A DNA stretch of 64,000 bases from Clostridium merdae (GCF_900176635.1 NZ_FXLN01000003.1:545374-609373); one strand, 5' to 3'; positions 30,217-41,440 are shown, counted from the stretch's first letter. Translations and numbers: made by a program. The notes: a model not told the origin generated them from the letters alone.

Positions 30217-30373
30217 CCTATTACCCTGCGGTATCAACTGCCACTCCCTTGTTTTAATTGCTGCGCAGCGAAGCACGATGCTGACGTAAGCAGCTTGACT
30301 CCGCAGATTAAAAATTGCCGATTCCCCTGCTAGTACCCCTATATTGGCAGGAGGGTCGGTGATTTTTTTCGCA

Positions 30374-30420
30374 AATAGAGCCGGCGCAGCATTTGCTGCG
30401 CCGGCTCTATTTGCATTTTA
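30374..30420. terminator. Bidirectional rho-independent terminator
   Basis: AAATAGAGCCGGCGCAGC-attt-GCTGCGCCGGCTCTATTT. Confidence 0.85.
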
Positions 30421-30449
30421 CTATTTTGTAAAGCTATAACACTAGCATG

Positions 30450-31220
30450 TTATAACCCAAGCTCTTCAGGCTGTACCATGCCAGTTTGAATCGCCCGGTC
30501 ACGCAGGAAAAGATACAGCTCTGCAAAGGTTGCATACACATACACCATAATCATTACATTGCCCAAACGTACCACGATTTGACCAATCGTATTTATCACT
30601 GGTGAGACAAATAACCACATGTCAAAAAACGCGCCAACGAAAAGAAGAAGTATAAACCACCCAATAAATGAGAGCAAGAGCACAAAGATTGCGCCTTTTT
30701 CTCCGTCTGTCATCTTACGGCTAATCTCTCGCGCCCTCTTCCCTGAAAGGTTCGGGTTATCCGACAGCAAAAACGGTACCATATAGTATTCAAACGTCTT
30801 TATAATACCAGGAATGAGCAGCAAAAGCGACCACAAACCAATAAATAAATTGGTTATAAAACTTACCAAAATCACATTGCCGTATCCTCCACGGAATGCC
30901 ATCAAAAAATCGGAGGGTTTACCTGCATTAAAGTGATTTCGAACAAAAAAGCCGCGCAGTCCCACGAAAATTGGCGTCAAAATCAAGATGCTAATCAAAA
31001 GATAAGTTAAGTTATAACCCAACGCCTGCCCGAAAGATGGCATTGGTGTACGACGGATAAATGCATTTATGATATCAGTATTGATTTTATCATACCCCGA
31101 AACATACCCAACAATAGCCGGTAATAACTCATAAGCTGCTACGAGCAAAAACGCTATCCAAAACTTTTTCCCGCGGATTGCGATTTTTGCGTTACTTTTT
31201 AATATCTCTCTGCTCCACAT
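30450..31220 (-). CDS. DUF975-family membrane protein
   Basis: MWSREILKSNAKIAIRGKKFW, a DUF975-like N-terminus, and multiple TM helices. Confidence 0.55.
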   Translation of the reverse strand: MWSREILKSNAKIAIRGKKFWIAFLLVAAYELLPAIVGYVSGYDKINTDIINAFIRRTPMPSFGQALGYNLTYLLISILILTPIFVGLRGFFVRNHFNAGKPSDFLMAFRGGYGNVILVSFITNLFIGLWSLLLLIPGIIKTFEYYMVPFLLSDNPNLSGKRAREISRKMTDGEKGAIFVLLLSFIGWFILLLFVGAFFDMWLFVSPVINTIGQIVVRLGNVMIMVYVYATFAELYLFLRDRAIQTGMVQPEELGL

Positions 31221-31286
31221 GCTTTATATTAACCCCTTTCCTATTTCATGCAACCATACCGTTAGTACCGCAAATTCACTCTACAA

Positions 31287-32714
31287 TCAAGAAGGGGCTT
31301 GCGTATTCTCTTCCTCTTTTTCTTCTGGATTAGTCGGAATAGCTTCACCCGCAGATGCATCTGTTCCAAGAAACTCCGGTAAATTCATGCCTGCCTGCTG
31401 GAATAGCTCATTCATCGGGGGAATGGATTTGAGCATACCAGAGAGAAAGTTCGCTGTGGTTGGCGTACCATTTTCTCCACCGCCCATGCTGTCCCACACA
31501 GTGACCTTGTCAATTTTAATATTCTTAATGGCATCCACCTGAAGCTGAACCAACTGCTCCAGTTTATCTGCAATAATAAATTTGACTGCCGCATCCGGGT
31601 CACCGCCTGCCGCATTCACAAGCTGCCTCATACCGGTCGCCTGTCTGGTTAAAATCTCTTCCACGCCTCGTGCCTGTGCTTCCATTTTTGCATAGATTGC
31701 ATCCGCTTCACCTCTGGCTCTGCGGCGGGTTACCTCTGCTTCTGCCTCAGCAGAAATTTCTTTCTGCTGCTTATCGATTTCAGCGTTAACCACAATATCT
31801 GCTCTTTGGGAAGCCCTGACAAGCTCGGCACGTTGCTGCTCGGCACGCTCCTGTGCACCATAAGCCTCCTGCAATGCCATAGCCGCCTGCACCTTTTCAG
31901 CTGCGGTTGCCTGCCGCAGTGCCTCGGCTTCCTTTTCACGTCGATTTGCCTCTGATTGTGCCACTTCTATTTTTGCATCATTTTCGCCCTGAATAGCAGT
32001 AGCATCTGCCGCTGCCACCTTAATACGCTGATCCATAAGCGCATTTGCATGGCCAATTTCACCATCGCGGTTCTTCTCCGCCACGCTCTTTTTCGCATCG
32101 TTAATTGCTTTGGCAGCGGCTTCCTTACCCAGAGCGTCAATATAGCCGGATTCATCGTTAATATCCGTCACGTTTACGTTAATCAGGCGAAGACCGATTT
32201 TCTTCAGCTCAATTTCCACGTTGTTTGAAACTGCAAGCAAAAACTTATCACGGTCGGTATTAATCTCTTCTATGTCCATAGTTGCGATGACCAAACGCAG
32301 CTGACCAAAAATGATGTCCTTTGCCAGCTCTTGAATTTCAGCCATCTTCAACCCCAGTAGCCGCTCTGCCGCATTTTGCATGATTCCCGGCTCTGTTGAA
32401 ATACCTACTGTGAATCTAGATGGTACATCGACTCGTATGTTTTGTTTTGATAAGGCGCTTTTCAAATCAACATTGATGGAAATCGGCGTTAAATCCATAT
32501 ATTGATACGCCTGAATAATCGGGATGATGAAAGAGGCACCACCATGAATACATTTTGCAGACTTTGTCTGCCCCGATTTGTCATTGCCAACTCTTCCGTA
32601 AATGACCAAAACCTTGTCGGACGGGCACTTGCGGTAGCGCGAAAGTACACCAAGCAAAGCGGCAAACAGCACAACCACAATAATTGTAATTGCTACAATA
32701 AGTTCCATTCCCAT
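31287..32714 (-). CDS. floT: Flotillin-like SPFH/band-7 protein (YuaG/FloT type)
   Basis: N-terminal TM. SPFH domain. A long Ala/Glu-rich coiled-coil (EAEA-like) region. Start placed at MGMELIV, after a GGGAGG RBS. Confidence 0.85.
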   Translation of the reverse strand: MGMELIVAITIIVVVLFAALLGVLSRYRKCPSDKVLVIYGRVGNDKSGQTKSAKCIHGGASFIIPIIQAYQYMDLTPISINVDLKSALSKQNIRVDVPSRFTVGISTEPGIMQNAAERLLGLKMAEIQELAKDIIFGQLRLVIATMDIEEINTDRDKFLLAVSNNVEIELKKIGLRLINVNVTDINDESGYIDALGKEAAAKAINDAKKSVAEKNRDGEIGHANALMDQRIKVAAADATAIQGENDAKIEVAQSEANRREKEAEALRQATAAEKVQAAMALQEAYGAQERAEQQRAELVRASQRADIVVNAEIDKQQKEISAEAEAEVTRRRARGEADAIYAKMEAQARGVEEILTRQATGMRQLVNAAGGDPDAAVKFIIADKLEQLVQLQVDAIKNIKIDKVTVWDSMGGGENGTPTTANFLSGMLKSIPPMNELFQQAGMNLPEFLGTDASAGEAIPTNPEEKEEENTQAPS

Positions 32715-32840
32715 AAAAAAGCCTCCCATTAATCATTTTATTTCTACTTAAACTGGTTTTTCGCCAAAAAAGAATCCGCTAAAATATTATTAGTTTTCTT
32801 AGCGACTGTAAGGTGAAGTAGCATTAAATCTCACACCGTC

Positions 32841-33566
32841 TTAAATATCCTCTGTGCTTCCTTCATTAACGAAAGAATCTAAGGGTTGTTCCTCCGGTTC
32901 CACTACAAGAACATTATCGGCGCGAACATCAATCACACGTACAAACGCGCCACTGGGTATATTCATTAACCCATCTGTAATGGCAGAAGCTTCAATAAAG
33001 CGCTCCTGTATGGTTAGGTTTACTTTTCCCTGCCCCGCACCCCGTGCCGGTATCATCAAATAAACCGTTGCCGTCTCCCCGAGAGCGTTGCGCATTTGCA
33101 GTGTACCATTAGAGGCAAGGCGTGACGTTAGCTGAATAATCTTCGCAACACCGAACATGGCAGCCGAGCCCAAAACAGCTCCAATCAATACCGCAATTGT
33201 ACCCGCAGTTCCAGATTGATACGCAAGAATAGCCGTCCAACTGAAAACCGTGAGGAATGCCACGATTCCTTCTAAGGTAAACAGGTGAAGGGCTCCCAAA
33301 TCACCGGGACTTCCGCCATCCCCTGTGCCAATATCGCTGGAATCGAAGTTTCCATCTCCGCCCAAATCCAAATCAAAATCGGTCGAATCTCCAAAGCTAT
33401 CAAATCCAGAAAGGTCATCAGGGTTCACCCCCGGACCACTTTGCCCAAAGCCAACAATTGTCATAATAATCTGGATGAATAAAATTAAGCTCGAAGGTAC
33501 GGCAATACAGTATAATACCTGCGATAATAAATCCAGAGTTCCCCACCACTCCTGCATATTCCTCAC
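32841..33566 (-). CDS. NfeD-family membrane protein (YuaF-like), partner of the flotillin
   Basis: TM helices plus a C-terminal OB-fold NfeD domain. Operon with the flotillin gene. Confidence 0.7.
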   Translation of the reverse strand: MRNMQEWWGTLDLLSQVLYCIAVPSSLILFIQIIMTIVGFGQSGPGVNPDDLSGFDSFGDSTDFDLDLGGDGNFDSSDIGTGDGGSPGDLGALHLFTLEGIVAFLTVFSWTAILAYQSGTAGTIAVLIGAVLGSAAMFGVAKIIQLTSRLASNGTLQMRNALGETATVYLMIPARGAGQGKVNLTIQERFIEASAITDGLMNIPSGAFVRVIDVRADNVLVVEPEEQPLDSFVNEGSTEDI

Positions 33567-33739
33567 CTCAATGTAAATGTAATTTACTTTTAGTATATCA
33601 CCCCATATGGTCTATGTCAATTGATTTTCCTGTTATTTGTTAAAGATTGCTATTCTCTTTCAAATAGTTTTAGTTGAAAAATAAAACAGAAGTTGCTATA
33701 CTAGTGTAAATTAAATTTACATAGCAATGCGGAGGTGAA

Positions 33740-34234
33740 TTGGGAATGGATGCACAGAAACTTGGCCGAAAGATACGGGAAGCCCGCCTAGCCAAGCGTT
33801 TAACACAAAGTGAGGTGGTCGGCGACTTTATTACACGCAATATGCTAAGTCAAATTGAAAGCGGAACCGCTACCCCCTCTATGAAAACGCTGGAGTATTT
33901 ATCTAAGGTTCTGTCTATTCCCATGGTTCAGCTTGTTGCGGGAGATGATCCAATTGAAACATTGGTTCAGGCTAAAAATGCGTTGGCGCAAGGCCAGGCT
34001 GATTCCGCCATTCTCCTTGCGAGCAACTTAACGCACGACCTGCACGACGAAAGCGATGCGATTGCCGCCCGTGCACACCTAGTGCTGGCACGGCAGTATG
34101 CGCAGCAGCAAGAATATGCAAATGCCACCACTCATGCACGTCTCGCGGCGGAGCATGCACAGCGCGGTGTTTACGCATCCGTAGATATTCGCGCCAACGC
34201 ACTTTTGTTGCTGGATGAAATCGAAAACTCTTGA
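33740..34234 (+). CDS. XRE-family HTH regulator with a C-terminal helical (TPR-like) domain
   Basis: LTQSEVVGDFITRNMLSQIESG HTH motif. Confidence 0.7.
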   Translation: MGMDAQKLGRKIREARLAKRLTQSEVVGDFITRNMLSQIESGTATPSMKTLEYLSKVLSIPMVQLVAGDDPIETLVQAKNALAQGQADSAILLASNLTHDLHDESDAIAARAHLVLARQYAQQQEYANATTHARLAAEHAQRGVYASVDIRANALLLLDEIENS

Positions 34235-34409
34235 GGGAATGTGGCAACCGTGCTGCGTTCCCTCAAATTAATTGCTTCGGTTCCCATTTGACTTTTCGTG
34301 TGTTATAATTGCTTTAAACTAAGAATTATTCCATTCCATCCGCAGTTTCACGGCAAACACACTCTATAACTTGCCGCAGAGCGTTTTGTATTGAAAAGGA
34401 GATTTCGCA

Positions 34410-35416
34410 TGAAGCATCCAGTAACCGGCATACCATCCGATTTTAGCCGGTACCCCGCCGAGCAAGAAAAAAAGGCTCTTCGCTGGGAGGCGAATCGTCT
34501 TTGTGTTGTTTTAATCGTAATTCAAGTACTTGTTATGGTACTGTCTCTTTCCTCGCGCCTGTATTTGAAGGAATTGGGGCTTGTGGGTTTCCCTCTGGAT
34601 GCTTTTCAGGGAATACCGCCCATTCTATACTTTTTTTCTTACTCCTCGGTGTATTTAATTGGGCTAACCCTACCCGTATTTTTTTATATGGGTATCCGCC
34701 ATATTTCTCCCTCCAACGCGCTTCGGTTCGAACCCGTTCAGCCTCTATTCGCTCTGGGAATCGTAGTATTTGGGGTAGGAATTTGCACAACGGCAAATAT
34801 TCCGTCTAGCATGCTGGTCTCCTTCTTTCAATCCATGGGGTACAGCGGAAAGGTACCTGAGCTGCCATTAAATGAAGACCCCTTGGTACAGGTGCTCTTT
34901 TTTGTGACACTCGCACTCATTCCCGCTTTAACCGAAGAGCTTATCTTTCGTGGCGTAATTTTAAGCGGTCTGCGACAATTTGGAGATACCATTGCCATTT
35001 TCAGCTCTGCCTTTTTATTTGCACTCTATCACGGAAATTTCGCGCAGATGCTGTTTGCGTTCCCGTGCGGTTTGGTTCTAGCATTTGCCGTAATCAAAAC
35101 TGGGAGCCTGTGGGTATCTATCCTCATCCATTTTATTAATAATGGTACTTCCGTTCTCTTCCAGCTATCTCAATTTTACACGGATCAAGCCACTGCCAAT
35201 TCTGCGTACGTCATTTACTTTTTCGGCTCAGCCATCGCTGGCGTCGTAGCATTGGTTTTGCTTTCCCGCCATAACAAAAACTTATTCGAGCTCAATGAAA
35301 ATAATTCTCTGTTATCACCCTCGCAAAAATTCATTACTACTCTTTGGAATCCTGCATCCGTTGCTTTGATTCTGATTTCGCTTTCCACCGCAGTTTATAC
35401 GCTGGAGAATTTTTAA
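34410..35416 (+). CDS. CPBP-family intramembrane glutamic endopeptidase (CAAX protease / Abi family)
   Basis: Motifs EELIFRG, FALYHG and HFINN. Start at the ATG at 34410, after an AAAGGAG RBS. Confidence 0.75.
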
Positions 35417-35417
35417 T

Positions 35418-35909
35418 ATGAGAAATGCGGAACAAGATGAGAAAATGATGCACCTCGCGCTGGAGCTGGCACAAATTGCTGCTCAGGAGGGTGAAGTTCC
35501 CGTTGGTGCCGTCGTGGCAAAAGGCAATGAAATTATTGCAGTAGGTAGAAACCGCCGGGAACAACAAAAGAACGCTCTCTGCCACGCAGAGATTGAGGCG
35601 ATTAACGCGGCCTGCCAGGCATTGGGCGGTTGGCGGCTTTGGGAATGCGACCTTTATGTTACGTTAGAGCCCTGCCCCATGTGTACCGGGGCAATCATCA
35701 ACTCTCGCATTGCCCGGGTCGTGTATGGCGCAAGCGATGCAAAGGCGGGCTCGTGCGGCTCTGTGGTGAATTTGTTTGAGCTGCCGTATAACCACCAACC
35801 AGAGCTCGTCTCTGGTGTTTTACAGGAGGAATGCGGCGCTGTGCTTACCCAGTTTTTTCAAAGCCTGCGCGACAAACGCTCCAAAAAGAAAAAGGAAGTC
35901 GTGGAGTAA
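35418..35909 (+). CDS. tadA: tRNA adenosine(34) deaminase
   Basis: HAEIEAI...PCPMCTGAI CDA zinc motifs. Confidence 0.9.
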   Translation: MRNAEQDEKMMHLALELAQIAAQEGEVPVGAVVAKGNEIIAVGRNRREQQKNALCHAEIEAINAACQALGGWRLWECDLYVTLEPCPMCTGAIINSRIARVVYGASDAKAGSCGSVVNLFELPYNHQPELVSGVLQEECGAVLTQFFQSLRDKRSKKKKEVVE

Positions 35910-35997
35910 CCCATTTTATTTTACAATACACCAATTCTCGTATAAGGGATTATAATAGCAACAGGGTTTTCACCGGTTATTATTATAAAACATAACC

Positions 35998-36027
35998 GCA
36001 GCCTGCTAAGCAGGCTGTCCTTTTTTA
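35998..36027 (+). terminator. Rho-independent terminator after tadA
   Basis: GCAGCCTGC-taa-GCAGGCTG followed by TCCTTTTTTATT. Confidence 0.8.
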
Positions 36028-36123
36028 TTCACACGATTTAACTCGAAGAAACCCTGTGCTACGCTTTCATTTCCCTATGGGAAATATAAAATTTATAATA
36101 AATGAGAGGATGGGTTCGCCAAC

Positions 36124-37122
36124 ATGTGTACATCCATTACACTCCTCAACGCACAAGGGGAAAACTTTTTAGGCCGTACATTAGATTTTTCATATGATAT
36201 TGAGCCAGAACTCTTTATACTGCCACGCAATTATGTATGGTATGGTGCCTATGGCAGCCAAAAAATGCACAATCTCTACGCAATCATGGGGGTTGGGCAG
36301 GAGGAAGGCCCCCTTTTGGCGTTTTTTGATGGTGTAAATGAAAAGGGGCTTGCCGGAGGAGCGTTGTATTTTGCTGGTTATGCAGCGTATGAATCCAAAC
36401 CTACCCCGGGGAAAATGCCGGTAGCCGCAATGGATTTTCTTCATTTCCTTCTTGCTAACTGTGCCACCGTGGAGGAAGCAGAAAAACTGGTTCCGCAGGT
36501 TTCTATTTTAGGATTCACCGACCCGGTTACCGAATCAGAAGCCCCTCTGCACTGGATTATGACAGACCGCAGCGGGAAAAGCATTGTCATTGAACGCACG
36601 GTTCAGGGCACTAATGTGTACCAAAATCCCATTGGAGTATTGGCAAACAGCCCGGACTTTCCTTGGCATTTAACCAACCTAAAAACCTACTCACAGGTAT
36701 CACCCAGACAAACATCAAAAAGCCAGTGGGGCGACCTTACGTTAAAGCCCTTTGGGCAGGGAGCGGGAACCTCCCTACTCCCTGGCGGCTATACTGCCCC
36801 GGAGCGCTTTGCACGAACCACATATCTAAAAACACACCTGCCTGTGCCTCAAGCCAAGGATGAAACCGTAATGGCTGGTTTTCATGTGTTAGAAAGCGTC
36901 TCCATCCCCAAGGGAGCTGTCATCAGCAACCGGGAAACCTTTGATTACACAAGATACACCATGTTCCTAAACACCAAAACCTGCGAATACTATTTTAAAA
37001 CCTATGAGAATTCACAGATTCAAACTGCAAATATGTGGGAGAATTATCGCGAGGGGCAATCACCCATTCGCCTTGGCTCCTTAAGCCGTCCTATCCAGTT
37101 TGAAAAAATTACTGCCATTTAA
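36124..37122 (+). CDS. Choloylglycine hydrolase-family Ntn hydrolase (bile-salt hydrolase / penicillin V acylase type)
   Basis: MCTSITL N-terminal Cys nucleophile and about 330 aa of linear amide hydrolase fold. Confidence 0.85.
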   Translation: MCTSITLLNAQGENFLGRTLDFSYDIEPELFILPRNYVWYGAYGSQKMHNLYAIMGVGQEEGPLLAFFDGVNEKGLAGGALYFAGYAAYESKPTPGKMPVAAMDFLHFLLANCATVEEAEKLVPQVSILGFTDPVTESEAPLHWIMTDRSGKSIVIERTVQGTNVYQNPIGVLANSPDFPWHLTNLKTYSQVSPRQTSKSQWGDLTLKPFGQGAGTSLLPGGYTAPERFARTTYLKTHLPVPQAKDETVMAGFHVLESVSIPKGAVISNRETFDYTRYTMFLNTKTCEYYFKTYENSQIQTANMWENYREGQSPIRLGSLSRPIQFEKITAI

Positions 37123-37173
37123 CTTCCTGTTTATCCGTAATAATCGCCCAATTGAAATACTTGGAGTAAAAAT

Positions 37174-37224
37174 AAAAGTGTTTTCAACAATCAGTTAACA
37201 AATTGTTGAAAACACTTTTCATTT
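37174..37224 (+). terminator. Rho-independent terminator after the hydrolase gene
   Basis: 17-bp stem AAAGTGTTTTCAACAAT...ATTGTTGAAAACACTTT. Confidence 0.8.
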
Positions 37225-37255
37225 ATCAGCTAATTAAAATAAACCTCTAAATTGT

Positions 37256-37290
37256 TAAAAAATGACTGTCCGTTACAACGGACAGTCATT
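37256..37290 (-). terminator. Rho-independent terminator of ilvD
   Basis: ATGACTGTCCGTT-acaa-CGGACAGTCAT with a T-run on the minus strand. Confidence 0.8.
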
Positions 37291-37303
37291 TGCTTATATC
37301 TCT

Positions 37304-38959
37304 TTATTTCTCGAATACTGCGCCGCGTGAACCGGAGGTTACATGCTGTGCATAACGCTTAATGTAGCCAGTAAGCTCCTTTTGCGGTGCTTTCCATTCC
37401 TTGCGGCGGCTTTCCAGCTCCGCTTCATCCACATGCAGGTTCAGCACACGATTGGTGATATCCACATCGATCATATCGCCCTCATGAATCAGCGCGATGG
37501 GGCCACCGACAGCGGCTTCCGGAGACACATGGCCTACCGCCGCACCACGTGTTGCACCGGAGAAACGTCCATCCGTAATCAGTGCTACGCTTGAACCAAG
37601 ACCCATACCTGTTAACGCAGAGGTGGGAGTTAGCATTTCACGCATACCGGGGCCGCCTTTCGGGCCCTCATAGCGAATCACAACGACGTCACCCACATGG
37701 ATTTTACCAGAGAGAATTGCCTCTGAGGCATCCTCTTCGCAATCAAAGCAGCGAGCCGGGCCGGTATGCTGCATCATTTCAGGGGCAACCGCACCTTGCT
37801 TTACCACCGCGCCATCCGGTGCGATGTTGCCTTGCAGAACAGCGATGCCGCCATCCTTGCGGAATGGGTCTTCCAACTTGCGGATAATTGTTCCATCCGC
37901 TGTGGGAGCATTGCTGATGCGGTCTGCTACCGTACCCAATACCGTTTTGCAATCTGTGTTGAGCTTACCGGCGCGTGCCAGCTCTTTCATCACAGCGGGA
38001 ATGCCACCCACCTGATTCAGGTCGGTAATAAACACCTCACTGGCGGGGTTCAGCTTGCAAAGCTGCGGGGTATCTTTGCTGATGCGGTCAATATCGGTAA
38101 TATCAAGCTTTACGCCACGCTCATAGGCAACGGCGGTCAAATGCAGCACCGAATTGGTGGAGCAGCCAAGAGCCATCTCCGAACGAAGCGCGTTCTCAAA
38201 GGATTTCTCTGTTAAAATATCGCTAGGACGTAAGTCCTCACGGTACAGTTCCAAAATGCGTTCGCCCGCCGTTTTGGCAAGCTGAATGCGTTCCGACATA
38301 ACAGCAGGAATACTGCCATTACCGGGCAGCGCCAAACCGATTGCCTCGGTAAGACAGTTCATGGAGTTTGCAGTGTACATTCCAGAGCAGGAGCCACAAG
38401 TAGGACATGCGGATTTCTCCAATGCAGTCAGCTCGGCTTCATCAATTTTACCGGCGACGTAGCTGCCAACAGCCTCAAACATTTCAGAAAGGCCAAAGCG
38501 AACACCGTTATGTAAGCCCGGCAGCATGGGGCCGCCACTCACAAAAATGCTGGGTAAATTCAGTCGGCAAGCAGCCAAAAGCATGCCCGGTACGACCTTA
38601 TCGCAGTTGGGGATAAACACGACGGCATCCAGCGGGTGTGCGGTAAGCATTACTTCCACAGAGTCTGCAATCAGCTCGCGCGAGCAGAGCGAATACTTCA
38701 TTCCCTTGTGGTTCATAGAAAGCCCATCACAAACGCCAATGGTATTGAACTCAAACGGTACACCACCTGCGTTGCGAATACCAGCCTTTACTGCCTCACT
38801 AATGTCTTTTAGGTGGCGATGCCCGGGAATGTAGTCACTGGCGGAATTCACTACTGCAATAAAGGGTCTCTTCATTTCGTTTTCTGTTAGACCCAATGCG
38901 TAAAGCAAAGAGCGGTGTGGTGCGCGTGCGGCGCCCTCTTTCATTAAATCGCTTCTCAT
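37304..38959 (-). CDS. ilvD: Dihydroxy-acid dehydratase
   Basis: [20 protein letters not shown]-terminus. CDGxxMN-type Cys motifs (CDGLSM). Full length 551 aa. Confidence 0.95.
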   Translation of the reverse strand: MRSDLMKEGAARAPHRSLLYALGLTENEMKRPFIAVVNSASDYIPGHRHLKDISEAVKAGIRNAGGVPFEFNTIGVCDGLSMNHKGMKYSLCSRELIADSVEVMLTAHPLDAVVFIPNCDKVVPGMLLAACRLNLPSIFVSGGPMLPGLHNGVRFGLSEMFEAVGSYVAGKIDEAELTALEKSACPTCGSCSGMYTANSMNCLTEAIGLALPGNGSIPAVMSERIQLAKTAGERILELYREDLRPSDILTEKSFENALRSEMALGCSTNSVLHLTAVAYERGVKLDITDIDRISKDTPQLCKLNPASEVFITDLNQVGGIPAVMKELARAGKLNTDCKTVLGTVADRISNAPTADGTIIRKLEDPFRKDGGIAVLQGNIAPDGAVVKQGAVAPEMMQHTGPARCFDCEEDASEAILSGKIHVGDVVVIRYEGPKGGPGMREMLTPTSALTGMGLGSSVALITDGRFSGATRGAAVGHVSPEAAVGGPIALIHEGDMIDVDITNRVLNLHVDEAELESRRKEWKAPQKELTGYIKRYAQHVTSGSRGAVFEK

Positions 38960-39048
38960 CGTGTTTTTCCCTCCTAATACTGCCTATCGGCTTCACTAAA
39001 ATGAAACAATTGCCGCCCAAGCGGCATTCTGTTTCACGCTTTCCTCAT

Positions 39049-39804
39049 TTATTTCCCATACACCAAACGGTCAAACAGAGCACGGTTTTTTTCATAATAA
39101 GATGCCTTTTCTGTGTTCTGCTCCAGTGGTGTTCCCTGAAATACTCGCATAGAAACGCCAAGGCCATCCAATTGCTCGAGCACCGATTTCCGGCTGTCTG
39201 CATCCAAATTACGCAAATCCTCTTCTGTAATCAAAGAAGAAAGGGGCTTTGCGTCCTTCCACGGCACACGCATTTCGGCTTCTTTCTCTTCCCCATGCTT
39301 TGGCACTGTGCCATTCAGGTTCGAGAACATTTGCCGTGTTTTTTGGTGCGATTCAAAACTCGCTTGATCTGTTAAAAAGATGATACTGTCTCCCGTTTCC
39401 AGGTCAGACAGGAACTTCGCTACACTTGCCATTTGCAGGTTGGGGTCGCTTACCGGCTTATTCTCACCCATCACAATCATGTATGAATTCACACGCACAA
39501 CTACGCGGCCATCCCCATTTCGGTCTTCCCCGTACTGGGCTAATTTTTTCTCCAGCACCGAGGCGGCATCATCTGAGAACTTTGTTTCTGTCAGAACTCC
39601 AATTTGATAATCCGGCTCCACCTTTGTTGACAGCTCATACACAAAGCCTGCAACCAAAGCAAACAGCACCAGAACAATCAATACGTGAAATTTATGGTAA
39701 TACCAAAAATTTTCCCATTTCCCTTTGGGGCTTTGGGGAGACGCTTCACCATTTGAGTGAATCGAATCATCCCCTGCATTCCACAGATACCGATCTCTTG
39801 CCAA
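39049..39804 (-). CDS. Hypothetical membrane-anchored protein (one TM, extracytoplasmic domain)
   Basis: One hydrophobic helix (VLIVLVLFALVAGFVY). No recognisable catalytic motif. Confidence 0.45.
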   Translation of the reverse strand: MARDRYLWNAGDDSIHSNGEASPQSPKGKWENFWYYHKFHVLIVLVLFALVAGFVYELSTKVEPDYQIGVLTETKFSDDAASVLEKKLAQYGEDRNGDGRVVVRVNSYMIVMGENKPVSDPNLQMASVAKFLSDLETGDSIIFLTDQASFESHQKTRQMFSNLNGTVPKHGEEKEAEMRVPWKDAKPLSSLITEEDLRNLDADSRKSVLEQLDGLGVSMRVFQGTPLEQNTEKASYYEKNRALFDRLVYGK

Positions 39805-39810
39805 GCGAAA

Positions 39811-41316
39811 TCACTCCCTGGGTTTCATAGTGGGGAACAAGAGTACGTCACGAATGGAGGCACTATCTGTGAGTAGCATTACCAAACGGTCAATGCCCAT
39901 GCCCATTCCTCCGGTTGGCGGCATACCATATTCCAAAGCGGTAATAAAGTCATCATCAATCATATTCGCTTCTTCGTCTCCCGCTTCTCTGAGCTCCATC
40001 TGGCGCATAAAGCGTTCACGCTGATCGAGGGGGTCATTGAGCTCTGAGTACGCATTTGCAAATTCACGGCGGGTAGCAAACAGCTCAAAGCGCTCAACCA
40101 ATTCGGGAACATCCTTTTTGCGCTTTGTCAGCGGAGATACCTCTACCGGGTAATCGTAAATAAAGGTGGGCTGTATCAGCTCGCCCTCCACCTTTTCTTC
40201 AAAGAAAAGGTTCATAATGTCGCCCCAGGAGTCGGTTTTCTTTGTTTCGAAATGGAACTTCTTCGCTTCTTCCAGTGCACGGGCGGTATCTCCCTTAAAC
40301 GAGAGAAAATCAATACCGGTGTACTTTAGAATGGCATCGTTCATTGTCATACGGCAGAAAGGCAGCTTCAAGCTAACCTCTTCCCCTTGGTACGAAATCT
40401 CCTCAGTACCGCACACCTCTTTTGCGCAAGCATTAATGAGGCGCTCGGTCAAGTCCATCATACCGTTGTAATCGGTGTAAGCTTCGTACAGCTCAATGGT
40501 CGTAAATTCCGGGTTGTGCTTTACGTCCATACCCTCATTACGGAACAAGCGGCCAATTTCATAAACCTTTTCCATGCCACCTACAATGAGGCGCTTCAAA
40601 TAAAGCTCCGGTGCAATACGCAGGTACAAATCAAGGTCGAGTGTATTGTGGTGGGTAATAAACGGGCGAGCAGAGGCGCCACCGGGAATCAGGTTCAAAA
40701 CAGGGGTCTCTACCTCAACATAGTTACGTTCATCTAATATACGGCGAATTGTCGCAATGACACGGCTGCGCTTCTCAAAGGTGTTTTTCACTTCAGGATT
40801 TACGATCAAATCCACATAGCGCTGGCGGTACCGCAAATCAGTATCCTTTAGGCCGTGGAATTTATCCGGAAGCGGAAGCAACGATTTTGCCAAAAGAGTA
40901 ATGCTTTTAGCGTGAACCGAGATTTCGCCTCTGCGAGTACGGAATACAAAGCCGCTAACGCTCGCAAGGTCGCCAATATCCCAGTTTTGCAGACCACGGT
41001 ATGTTTCTTCGCCAATATCATCTATTTTCAGGTAGACCTGAATACGGCCTGTACGATCCTGAATATCCATAAAGCTGGCTTTGCCCATATCGCGCCAGCT
41101 CATAATACGGCCGGCAATCACTACATCCTTGTTTTCTAGCTCTTCAAAACGGTCGCGAATGTCTTGTGCAAAGGCATCCCGCTCACAAACTGTAATTTCG
41201 AATGGGTCTTTGCCGCTCTCCTGTAATGCAGTGAGCTTGTCCCTACGAATTTGAAGGAGTTCGCTAATATCCTGTTGCTGTTCCTGCTCCACAGGCTCTG
41301 TTATCTTATCACTCAT
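39811..41316 (-). CDS. lysS: Lysine--tRNA ligase (class II)
   Basis: Anticodon-binding OB domain and class-II motifs (FRNEG..., [10 protein letters not shown]). Confidence 0.95.
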   Translation of the reverse strand: MSDKITEPVEQEQQQDISELLQIRRDKLTALQESGKDPFEITVCERDAFAQDIRDRFEELENKDVVIAGRIMSWRDMGKASFMDIQDRTGRIQVYLKIDDIGEETYRGLQNWDIGDLASVSGFVFRTRRGEISVHAKSITLLAKSLLPLPDKFHGLKDTDLRYRQRYVDLIVNPEVKNTFEKRSRVIATIRRILDERNYVEVETPVLNLIPGGASARPFITHHNTLDLDLYLRIAPELYLKRLIVGGMEKVYEIGRLFRNEGMDVKHNPEFTTIELYEAYTDYNGMMDLTERLINACAKEVCGTEEISYQGEEVSLKLPFCRMTMNDAILKYTGIDFLSFKGDTARALEEAKKFHFETKKTDSWGDIMNLFFEEKVEGELIQPTFIYDYPVEVSPLTKRKKDVPELVERFELFATRREFANAYSELNDPLDQRERFMRQMELREAGDEEANMIDDDFITALEYGMPPTGGMGMGIDRLVMLLTDSASIRDVLLFPTMKPRE

Positions 41317-41440
41317 AACTAATTCTACTCTCCCTGTTTACTGTATTCCTCCGCAATCGCGGTATATGCTATAAAATGAAATGGTTTTCACCTGCAAAAA
41401 GAAAGGCACTCTAAAAATCGTATGCAGTTCTTTTATGTGC

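Noticed and set aside
35910-36123. SRP (4.5S) RNA gene downstream of tadA, as occurs in Bacillus
   Set aside because: No conserved SRP domain-IV motif could be found by eye. The only structure is a simple GC hairpin with a T-run, which is the tadA terminator.
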